From the IMG/VR virus record IMGVR_UViG_3300019373_000270: a stretch of DNA of 64,000 bases, one strand, 5' to 3'. Under the pieces are notes generated by a model that saw only the letters and a program-made list of their open reading frames with translations, was not told the origin of the DNA and ran no database searches. Position 1 is the stretch's first letter. Every line of letters begins with the position of its first letter. This DNA is from an uncultured virus (IMG/VR IMGVR_UViG_3300019373_000270). Taxonomy: Duplodnaviria > Heunggongvirae > Uroviricota > Caudoviricetes. Positions 48,199 through 57,048 of this stretch are shown here, one piece after another. Position numbers and translations under genes: made by a program.

Positions 48199-51100
48199 AT
48201 GGGAATAATTAAAACTTTATTACTACACAATCATACGGACAATTCTGTGAAAGATGGGGCGCAGACTCCGAAAGAACTTGTACAAAGAGCAAAAGAACTC
48301 GATGCACCTGCTGTAACGTTAACGGATCATGGTGTGCTCACAGGAATATTCGAGTTTATGAATGCCTGCGAAGAAGCAGGTATAAAAGGAATACCCGGTG
48401 TAGAAGCTTATATAAAGGAAGATGACGATGAAATAAGAAAACATCTTATCATTCTGGCAAAAGATGCACAGGGATACAAAGCAATTGAAAAAGCAGTAAC
48501 AGAGAGTAATCAAAGGCTTGTCAAAATACCGTCAATGGGAAAAGATATCCCAACAATGAATAAAACTATTCTGGAAAAGTGGTTCGGCGCAGGCTCTATG
48601 GGGCATGATCACACGATAGCAACATCGGCATGTGTACAGGGTGTCATCGCATCTGAACTCACCCGTAACAATAAACATCAGAAACAGATAGAAAAAGCTC
48701 TTGAAAAAAGAAAAGGGTATTACAATCCCAGTTCATCGATTTTTATCAATATTTCTAAAGAGCTTGATGATATGACAGAAAATGAAAAGATTCTGAAAGA
48801 AAAACAGAAAGAACTAAAAAAAGAAGCTAATTTAGCAACAAAAAAGGCCGAAAATTACATGAAGAAAAAGGAAGGAAGTCCCGATTATGATGAGGCGAAA
48901 GTGGCTTATGATAATCTTATCGCCAGAAAGGAACTTGCAGCTAAAGAACTTGTAACAGTCCAATCCGAACTGGCTGTCATCAAAAAGCACATAAGTGAAA
49001 TAAAGAACAAACTGAAGCCCATAAAGGACAGCTTTGCGAACTATCAGAAGTATGACAGTATAATCAAAGAGCATGAAGCAAAATTGCTCGATGAAAAATG
49101 TCTAATGGAGAAAGCAAGAAAAGAAGCGGTCTACTATCGGGAATTGTTCGGAAAGGACAACTTCTTTATGGAACTCCAGTTTCATGGCTATGAAGATGAA
49201 CAATATGTTTTTCCACGGCTTTGCAGTATCGCAAAAACCTTAGGTATACCTTGTGTGCCTGCCAACGATGCACACTATACAAGGAAGGAGGATGCAAGAA
49301 GGAGAGAAATGCTTGTTGCTGACTCCTTCAAAAAAACGATCTCGGTCATGAACGAAAGAGATTGTCAGCTTTACATCAAATCGGATGAAGAACTGTCAGA
49401 CGCTCTTTGTCAGATACTTAGCAAGTCGGACGTTGAGCAGGCTTTCGAAAATCTCAGACTTATAGCTGACAACTGTAATGTTGTTCTTCCCAAAGAGCAT
49501 CATTATCCTGTCTATCATCTTCCCGAAGGTGAAACGGATTCGTCATATATAAGGAAACTGGTCCTTGAGGGTATAGAAAAAAGGTACCCCGGCGGAAAAG
49601 CACCTGACGGAACGGTATGGGATCAGGAACATATAGACAGAATGGAATCTGAACTTAAAATCATAGATAAAATGGGATACAATCATTATCATCTTGTTGT
49701 GCAGGATTATTTGAACTACGGCAGACAGCTTGGATATAACTGCCCGGAGGGAGTAGGCTATACCATAGGACCCGGCAGAGGTTCTGCTGTCGGCTCATTG
49801 GTTTGCTACCTTCTTGGCATTACTGATCTTGACCCTATAAAATATAATCTCTTCTTTGAGAGATACCTTAATCCTGAACGTGTATCAATGCCGGATATAG
49901 ATGCGGACTTTGCAAATTTTGTTCGTGAAGACTGCATCGATTATATGAGAGAAAAATACGGAGTTGAAGGTGTTTGCGGTGTTACCACTAAAGGAACACT
50001 TGGCATCAAAGCAGCTATCCTGCTTGCAGGACGAGTAAACCCTAAGACTCATGATGATGTTCAGAGAGTTCGCGCAATATCTAAGCTGGTACCTAAAGGT
50101 GCAAAGCATTTTACAGACCAAATCGATACAGAAAGTAAGGGTGATGTTAAGAATTTCATGCTCAATAAATATCCCGCAGGATCCATTGAAGCTCAAATAA
50201 TCGAGGATGCTTCAACCATTGAAGGTTTGACAGTCAGCTTCGGACGGCATGCAGCTGCGGTTATCATTTCCGATACCGGTAATGTTTCCGATCAGGTCGC
50301 ACTGATAAATACAGGCGGTGCCTGGGCTGTACAGTGTACCAAAGAAGAGGCAGAAGCGGAAGTCGGTTTATTGAAGATGGACTTCCTGGGGTTGATCAAT
50401 CTTGATATCATAACCGCCGCACTGAGGAAGATCTATCGCAACACCAGACGAAAGATAAATATGAACACTGATGTTCATTTTGAAGATGATGTTTTCAGAA
50501 ACATTTTCTCCACAGGTAATACCGATGCAGTGTTCCAGTTTTCTTCTTCCGGAATGAAGCAAATGCTGAAAGAATTTAAACCTTCATCTTTTGAAGATCT
50601 TATACTGCTTGTTGCTGCTTACAGACCCGGTCCCATGCAGTATCTTGCAGATATAATAGCTGTAAAACACGGGAATAAGCCTGAAACTTATGCTATACCT
50701 GAACTCAGACCTATTCTTAACGGCACATACGGCAAAACAGTTTATCAGGAGCAGGTCCAGGAGATCTTTAAAAAATTAGCGGGCTATTCTCTAGGACAGG
50801 CTGACCTTGTTAGACGAGCAATGTCTAAGAAAAAACTGATAGAACTTGCAAAAGAAAGAGAGTCTTTTTTACACGGTGATCCCGAAAGAGGAATAAAAGG
50901 CTGTATTGCTAACGGAATAAATGAAGCTGATGCCAATAAGCTCTTTGACGAAATGATGGATTTTGCATCTTACGCATTCAATAAGAGTCATGCAGCCGCT
51001 TATGCTTATGTGGCTTATCAAACAGCGTGGCTGAAGTACCACTATCCGACCGAATACATGGCAGCGGTCATGGAAAACTCTAAATACGACAAACTGCCTA

Positions 51101-52236
51101 TGTACATTTATAACAGCAGAGATATGGATCTCACCGTCAAAATACCCGACATCAACAAATCGGATGTAGGATTTATAGCCGATAAAGATGCTATACTTTT
51201 CGGCTTTAGAGGCATGAAGGGTGTTGGTGATGTAGATATCTCTTCGATAATCGATGAAAGAAAGAAAGGTGAATTTAAATCATTCAAGAATTTTATATCG
51301 AGGACAAATCCCTCGATCGATACGCTCAAAAATCTCATATTTGGCGGTGCTTTTGACTGTTTCGGGCATGCAAGAAAATCTTTGTTTGATTTCGGAGAAA
51401 AACTCAGGGACAATAAAAGCAAGCGTGAAACCGTTCTGAGCAAAATAGAAACTATCAAATCTAAACCTGCCGAAGAGATAACAGAAAAGGATAAGAAGAA
51501 AATAAAGGAGCTGGAACATACACATGAAGAACTGAAGAACGAGTATAAGAATATGATATGCGAACAGGGTTATGAGGATAAGATAGGCAGACTTGCAGCT
51601 GAAAGAGAGATACTTGGTACTTTTATAAGCGATCACCCTATAAACAGCTATAAGCTGTGCGATTTCGCTAAGATCAAGGATCTTCAGCCCGGAAAGGATA
51701 TTGCGGTCTGTGGATTGATAACGGATCTTCGCGTACTCAACAAAAAAAGTACAGGAGAGAAATTCTGCAGCTTTGCTTTGGATGATGGAACGAATACGAT
51801 CCAAACAACTGTTTTTACTAAGGCTTATGAAAAATTCGGTGAAAAACTCGTAGAGAACGAAGTCGTTTGTCTTATCGGAACAGTAAAAGAAGAAGTAGTA
51901 CAGTCGTTCAGCTTGAATGATGATGAAACTGCCGAAGAAGAAAAGGTACTTAAATTCTATGCCAATAATATAGGAAAAAAGCCAATAAAAAGACAGCATT
52001 CTATCTTGCTTGTTCTTCGTACTTCGGCTATGATCTTAACTAAAGAAGTAGATGGAAGAGTGCTAATTGACTATATAAAAGAAAATTATGAATCACCAAA
52101 TGGTGTAGGATACAATCTTTTGATTTTTGATGAATCATCTTCTTCGATAAGAAGATTTAGCGAAGGGATGATAGTAAAGTCATCAATCCTGATCGACAAA
52201 AACCTCAAAACTTTGAAAACAAATATAATGGAATAA
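48199..52236 (+). CDS. dnaE: DNA polymerase III alpha subunit with coiled-coil insertion in the PHP domain
   Basis: LHNHT..S.KDG, TDHG, GPGRGSAVGS, SMPDIDADF, KMDFLGL, YAFNKSHA, OB fold. Confidence 0.97.
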   Translation: MGIIKTLLLHNHTDNSVKDGAQTPKELVQRAKELDAPAVTLTDHGVLTGIFEFMNACEEAGIKGIPGVEAYIKEDDDEIRKHLIILAKDAQGYKAIEKAVTESNQRLVKIPSMGKDIPTMNKTILEKWFGAGSMGHDHTIATSACVQGVIASELTRNNKHQKQIEKALEKRKGYYNPSSSIFINISKELDDMTENEKILKEKQKELKKEANLATKKAENYMKKKEGSPDYDEAKVAYDNLIARKELAAKELVTVQSELAVIKKHISEIKNKLKPIKDSFANYQKYDSIIKEHEAKLLDEKCLMEKARKEAVYYRELFGKDNFFMELQFHGYEDEQYVFPRLCSIAKTLGIPCVPANDAHYTRKEDARRREMLVADSFKKTISVMNERDCQLYIKSDEELSDALCQILSKSDVEQAFENLRLIADNCNVVLPKEHHYPVYHLPEGETDSSYIRKLVLEGIEKRYPGGKAPDGTVWDQEHIDRMESELKIIDKMGYNHYHLVVQDYLNYGRQLGYNCPEGVGYTIGPGRGSAVGSLVCYLLGITDLDPIKYNLFFERYLNPERVSMPDIDADFANFVREDCIDYMREKYGVEGVCGVTTKGTLGIKAAILLAGRVNPKTHDDVQRVRAISKLVPKGAKHFTDQIDTESKGDVKNFMLNKYPAGSIEAQIIEDASTIEGLTVSFGRHAAAVIISDTGNVSDQVALINTGGAWAVQCTKEEAEAEVGLLKMDFLGLINLDIITAALRKIYRNTRRKINMNTDVHFEDDVFRNIFSTGNTDAVFQFSSSGMKQMLKEFKPSSFEDLILLVAAYRPGPMQYLADIIAVKHGNKPETYAIPELRPILNGTYGKTVYQEQVQEIFKKLAGYSLGQADLVRRAMSKKKLIELAKERESFLHGDPERGIKGCIANGINEADANKLFDEMMDFASYAFNKSHAAAYAYVAYQTAWLKYHYPTEYMAAVMENSKYDKLPMYIYNSRDMDLTVKIPDINKSDVGFIADKDAILFGFRGMKGVGDVDISSIIDERKKGEFKSFKNFISRTNPSIDTLKNLIFGGAFDCFGHARKSLFDFGEKLRDNKSKRETVLSKIETIKSKPAEEITEKDKKKIKELEHTHEELKNEYKNMICEQGYEDKIGRLAAEREILGTFISDHPINSYKLCDFAKIKDLQPGKDIAVCGLITDLRVLNKKSTGEKFCSFALDDGTNTIQTTVFTKAYEKFGEKLVENEVVCLIGTVKEEVVQSFSLNDDETAEEEKVLKFYANNIGKKPIKRQHSILLVLRTSAMILTKEVDGRVLIDYIKENYESPNGVGYNLLIFDESSSSIRRFSEGMIVKSSILIDKNLKTLKTNIME

Positions 52237-52340
52237 TTATTCTCACTAAAACGGGACCGAACGATCGGTTCCGTTTTTTTATTCAAGAAATTTTCTGCTA
52301 TAATTAAATTATAAAAATAAAGTGAAAGAAGGTGTAACAG

Positions 52341-52835
52341 ATGAGAAAAATGATAATTTTCAGTCTGATAGCATTGACATTATGTGTAAGTTCATGCGGC
52401 AACTCTAATAAGCCGGTGACTTCTGACAATTCCGGTAACGAATATTATACCCAAACAAACATGTCTGCGTTAGAATATTCGATGTACATAGCTAATAAGA
52501 TATCAGTCGCTACCGGACAGCTTAACACTCACATGACTAAGATCAGAAATGTCGCCAATGGTTCTTGTACTTATGAGGACGAGATAAGCGCCATCGAATC
52601 CTCTATCAAGATCCTTAAGGAAGATAAGATAGATCTGAACTATGTATATCCGCCTGACAGTTATGCTTCAACGAGAGACAATGCTTTGCAGTACTGGCAG
52701 GATGCGATAGATAAGCTCAGTGAAGTATCTGATGAGCTTTCAGATGATGATATTACAACAGAAAGAGCAACCGAACTGTCTTCCGATCTTTCTGATATCT
52801 TTACATCTATACAGTCACTTAATTTTGTCGTTTGA
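52341..52835 (+). CDS. lipoprotein
   Basis: LCVSS-C lipobox; helical body. Confidence 0.75.
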   Translation: MRKMIIFSLIALTLCVSSCGNSNKPVTSDNSGNEYYTQTNMSALEYSMYIANKISVATGQLNTHMTKIRNVANGSCTYEDEISAIESSIKILKEDKIDLNYVYPPDSYASTRDNALQYWQDAIDKLSEVSDELSDDDITTERATELSSDLSDIFTSIQSLNFVV

Positions 52836-52913
52836 TCACAAATACATTGCCGAGAATGTAAAAAAAACTGCTGTTTTCTCGGACAAAGAACAGCAATAAA
52901 TGAGGTGTTTTTT

Positions 52914-53747
52914 ATGGCAAAGGGCAATTATGTTATGTTTTGCGGACAAATCTTAAATGACCCGCAGATCAAAATGAATCAAAACTCGGAAATTTTCCAG
53001 GGTCGTTTCGTTATGAAAGTCTTGCGACGTTTTGTCGATGAAAATCGAAGGATCGAATTTTCAGATCCTATCATCGTAACAGGTAATCCGAGCGTTGCTA
53101 AGCTGATGATAAATTTCAAAAAATGGGATATCTGCATGATGAAAGGTGTCATCACGACCATGAACGTAACACGAAGCTGGATCTGTCCGGAGTGTGAATA
53201 TACTAATCAGCCCGTAGGTATGTACACACTTATCACTCCGATTTTTCTTGAAAAAATCATGGATATGTCAAAAGCTTTTGCAACTTCGAATGAAAGAGAC
53301 CAGCTTATCGAAGCTGAAGGCATCAAAATACTCAAGGCTCACAACGAAATATCCAATATAGTACATGTACTTGGTACGGTTTGTAAAATGACGGAACTGT
53401 ATGATAACGGAACGACCGCTACACTGAACTTCCAGCTCGCAGTTAACCGCAGTTATAGACTCATCGAAGGCGACCCGGATATCAGAACTGATTATCCTTG
53501 GGTAAGGCTGCATGGTGATGCTGCACGTGAAGCGGCCAGAGTGCTTGGTGTAAATTCAACCGTATTTATAGACGGTTCGTTATTCACAAAAATGGTGCAG
53601 AAAAAAACTTTTTGTGAAAACTGCGGACACGAACATATTATTAACGAACTTGTGTCAGAAATACATCCGTATTCTGTGGAATATCTGCATAACTGTAATA
53701 TTCCGAACGATGAATACACAGAAGATTACAGTGACTTTCCCGGATAA
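52914..53747 (+). CDS. tandem OB-fold SSB-like protein with two Zn ribbons
   Basis: NYVMFCGQI and NIVHVLGTVCK...FQLAVNR...RTDYPWV..HG; CPEC and CENC. Confidence 0.7.
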   Translation: MAKGNYVMFCGQILNDPQIKMNQNSEIFQGRFVMKVLRRFVDENRRIEFSDPIIVTGNPSVAKLMINFKKWDICMMKGVITTMNVTRSWICPECEYTNQPVGMYTLITPIFLEKIMDMSKAFATSNERDQLIEAEGIKILKAHNEISNIVHVLGTVCKMTELYDNGTTATLNFQLAVNRSYRLIEGDPDIRTDYPWVRLHGDAAREAARVLGVNSTVFIDGSLFTKMVQKKTFCENCGHEHIINELVSEIHPYSVEYLHNCNIPNDEYTEDYSDFPG

Positions 53748-53765
53748 TTGAAAGGACGTGTAAAA

Positions 53766-54602
53766 ATGGCTAATCTTCTTAACGAAAGATTATCTGACGA
53801 TAATGATATTCCAAAGAAAAAGAAACCTAAAAAACAGAAAAAGAAAAAAGCACAAGTTCAGGGACAGATAATAAAACCGATTTCCAAAAATGAAATATTA
53901 GAAAAAAGCAAGGCTGAAGAATCCCTATTTGATGAAAAATTAGAATCTTTAACTATGGAAGATTTTGTCAAAGAACAAAAACAGCTATCGAGAAGTAAGA
54001 GAAAATATTATTTCACAAAAATATTTATGTGTTTTCTGTGTGGATATTTACTGTTCCTTATCTATGGCGTTATGGTTACAACGTATGATTACGATGAAAA
54101 CGGGAACGTATCTGCTCAAATTATGTCGAAAAAAGACATAGAAGATCAAAATGAATATTCCACATTGCTTGGATACTATATGGATGCAAGAGGATTGTAC
54201 GAGAAGATACTCGTCTTGAATTATAGATATGATCAAGGTCAGGAAGAACAACTTGACCTCGTGCCTGAATACGAACTGCTTCTTGAAGATGCCAACAAAC
54301 TGATCGTTCAGCTAAGAGCAGTCGATCCGTCAAAAGAATATTCACCGGCTTATGCCTTGCTTATAAACTGGGTCGATACTGATATGGCATCTTACTTACA
54401 GGAAATATCTGCGGCTATATCACAGAACAATCCTGAACACATGCAGAATGCCATAAACGATAAAACAAGAACGTACAATGATTGTTATCAGCTGACTGCT
54501 AATATGATCAGTCTTGGAGAACGCATCAAGGGTGTCAGTGTTTCTGAACTTAAAGAGTGGTCTCCTGAAGAATTTATAAAAGAAGAAATGGGTGATGTAT
54601 AA
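53766..54602 (+). CDS. bitopic membrane protein
   Basis: Lys-rich N-terminus, single TM (IFMCFLCGYLLFLIYGVMV), helical body. Confidence 0.75.
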   Translation: MANLLNERLSDDNDIPKKKKPKKQKKKKAQVQGQIIKPISKNEILEKSKAEESLFDEKLESLTMEDFVKEQKQLSRSKRKYYFTKIFMCFLCGYLLFLIYGVMVTTYDYDENGNVSAQIMSKKDIEDQNEYSTLLGYYMDARGLYEKILVLNYRYDQGQEEQLDLVPEYELLLEDANKLIVQLRAVDPSKEYSPAYALLINWVDTDMASYLQEISAAISQNNPEHMQNAINDKTRTYNDCYQLTANMISLGERIKGVSVSELKEWSPEEFIKEEMGDV

Positions 54603-56122
54603 TGTCTGCATATAACGATCTCTTAAATAAGTACAATGTACTTGTAGCTAAATGTCAGTCGCTGCAAGAAACTATCATCAGCAAGGAAGAACAATGGAAA
54701 AATATGAGTGATGAATTTGCGGTTGTTAATGATAATGCAAGAAAATTGTGTACTCTTATCTTAGCAAAAGATAAGAGTCAGATCAACTTAGGCACAGGCA
54801 GCGGCGCATGGGGATTGCTGCAAACAAGGGACTTGATCCTGCAATCGATCGAAAGTTATAAAAAGTATAACAGCGATAGATCGCTTGCTCTCCAGCAGCT
54901 TCTGGATTTTGCAGAAGAAAAACAGCATCTTATCGATGGCCTGATGGATGAGCTGGAGTATTATAAGAATAACAGTGGAAAAAACGCTGATGATTACGAA
55001 GAAGAAAAAAAGGAAAAAGAAAAAGAAGCGGATCTGTCTGAGGCATTAGACAGTACGGATTATGAAGTAAAACAAAAAATAAAAGATAATAACATCAATA
55101 TAGAGCTTATCGACAACGAATCAGCTGTCAGCGACCTTATTGTTGATGCTATGAACGAACTGGATACTTTTATCCCGACTGAAAAATCAATTCCTATCAA
55201 GGATTCTAACGGAAAAATAGCACTGGCTAGAGAACAAAAAAGGCAAAAGGAAGTAGTTAAGAAATTTGCAGCTGAAATGGATATCGGAAAAATAATGAAT
55301 GACCTTTCTTCTATTCAAAAGGAAATAATCACTATAATCGGGGAAAAAGGTCTGTCCGAGAATCTGGAGATCGTCCAGGAACTTTACAACGCCGAAAGTA
55401 ATAAAACTAAAACAAAAGACAGCATCTCTGCTATGATCTATACAGCAGAGAGAGAAATGCAGGCGATGGGGATCATTACTTCTGAAAACATTTCTATTCC
55501 TCTCCAGGGAAAAACCAATGTAAAAATAATTCGAATGACGGAACTGGGAAACAGACTGTATAGCTTGATGCATAATAAGAAGCCGTGTATTGCTGAAGCA
55601 AACAGACTTCTGGCAGATCATGATAATATTCATCACGGCTATGGTATCAAAGCGATCTCTCAGGGGATACAGAATTCTGAGTTATACTTGCGTGTTAATA
55701 TGGACTGCAGAAAAGACCCGCTGATCGTTGACGAAAATAAAAACAGAAATGTAACATATATTCCGGATATTATAGCGATATACAAAGATGGAGGCTATAA
55801 GTGTTTTTTCGAGTACGAAAGAGGGTTTAGCTCAGAAGGAACTATTATTGAAAAATGCAATAAAATGTGCCATTTTACACGAAACATGTATTTTCTAACA
55901 AACAATAACAATAATGCTGAGACTCTTGCTAAACACCTTACAAAATGGAAAAAAGAAGCTGCTAAAAGAAAGATCAAAACGAAGATATATCTTTCTACAG
56001 CAAAGACTTTTCAGGCAAATAACTTTGATGTAAAGAAAAAATGGCAGTTTTTCTGGGGCGATAATGATGTTGAACCGGTAACAGAAAATAAGAATGTAAA
56101 AGTCGAACTCCCGGATAAGTGA
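54602..56122 (+). CDS. coiled-coil, wHTH and PD-(D/E)xK protein, replication-relaxation-like
   Basis: RMTELG, H.H, YIPDII...FFEYERG......K. Confidence 0.6.
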   Translation: MSAYNDLLNKYNVLVAKCQSLQETIISKEEQWKNMSDEFAVVNDNARKLCTLILAKDKSQINLGTGSGAWGLLQTRDLILQSIESYKKYNSDRSLALQQLLDFAEEKQHLIDGLMDELEYYKNNSGKNADDYEEEKKEKEKEADLSEALDSTDYEVKQKIKDNNINIELIDNESAVSDLIVDAMNELDTFIPTEKSIPIKDSNGKIALAREQKRQKEVVKKFAAEMDIGKIMNDLSSIQKEIITIIGEKGLSENLEIVQELYNAESNKTKTKDSISAMIYTAEREMQAMGIITSENISIPLQGKTNVKIIRMTELGNRLYSLMHNKKPCIAEANRLLADHDNIHHGYGIKAISQGIQNSELYLRVNMDCRKDPLIVDENKNRNVTYIPDIIAIYKDGGYKCFFEYERGFSSEGTIIEKCNKMCHFTRNMYFLTNNNNNAETLAKHLTKWKKEAAKRKIKTKIYLSTAKTFQANNFDVKKKWQFFWGDNDVEPVTENKNVKVELPDK

Positions 56123-56175
56123 TTTTATATCGTTCGTAATTTTCTTATATAATAAAATTTAAGGAGGATGATATT

Positions 56176-56355
56176 ATGGCTGAGATCATACATTCATTTC
56201 AGGCGTTTAATATAAATGCGTTCAATCATTTGTACTATATGATGTCGCAGAATATAAGCATCGCTATTATTCTGGTGTCGGCAGTTGCAACAACCGTTAT
56301 GTCACTTAAAGACACTGTACTTTTGTCTGTAAGAGATGAACAACATATCATTTAA
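56176..56355 (+). CDS. 59-aa membrane protein (not in ORF track)
   Basis: AAGGAGG RBS; TM ISIAIILVSAVATTVM; element-type promoter at 56148. Confidence 0.7.
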   Translation: MAEIIHSFQAFNINAFNHLYYMMSQNISIAIILVSAVATTVMSLKDTVLLSVRDEQHII

Positions 56356-56372
56356 CAGGGAAGTGATAATAT

Positions 56373-56888
56373 ATGCAGGGAGTAAAAAGAGAAGTCTATA
56401 AACAGAGTATGACTGCACAGGAAGCAACAGCTTACATAAAAGCAGTCGGTTATCCTGTTATGGTACTACTTTTATCTATGTTTACCATAAGCCTTTTCGC
56501 ACAGTTCGGGACAAGACTTATAGCACCTATGACAGCGGCCATGTGGGTATTAGGTGTCCTTGAGTCAATTATTATCCGATCAATGAGAAAAGAAATAATC
56601 AAACAAACTCTGGCTTTTATCGGGATCTATCAGATAACACTGCTTGCGTGGAGGCAGGCGATAAAGATCGTATCAAATGTTACATCTGAACAGATCATGG
56701 CATCTTATAATCAGGTCATCACTCTAAGTCAATCTTCGGCACTCCCCGGTTATCTCCAGAATGCCTTGTGGATGACCGCCGTTGGAGTGCCTGTCGGTTA
56801 TATATGTATGCAAGGTAAAAGACTGGTAACATTTAACAAAAAGACAGACAAAGATAAAGCACTGCGTCAGTATCGTTCTATCAGATAA
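56373..56888 (+). CDS. polytopic membrane protein
   Basis: About four hydrophobic segments. Confidence 0.8.
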   Translation: MQGVKREVYKQSMTAQEATAYIKAVGYPVMVLLLSMFTISLFAQFGTRLIAPMTAAMWVLGVLESIIIRSMRKEIIKQTLAFIGIYQITLLAWRQAIKIVSNVTSEQIMASYNQVITLSQSSALPGYLQNALWMTAVGVPVGYICMQGKRLVTFNKKTDKDKALRQYRSIR

Positions 56889-57048
56889 GTCTGTTTCGAA
56901 ACTGTACGGTGAGAACAATCGGATCAGTATAATCTATGTCTCGTAAATCCGGTAATGTATGGAAAAATGAGAAATATCTGTCAGCGATGACGGATGCTCA
57001 GCAGTCAAAGCTGAAGTGTTCAATGGCTTTCAGAGAGGAGTATGAATT

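Noticed and set aside
48660..49115. Intein or intron in dnaE
   Set aside because: No intein terminal motifs or homing-endonuclease motifs; the composition is coiled-coil.
51280..51999. Long antisense ORFs (also 3972-4583, 34158-34766 and others)
   Set aside because: Shadow frames of well-supported genes with no RBS or motifs.
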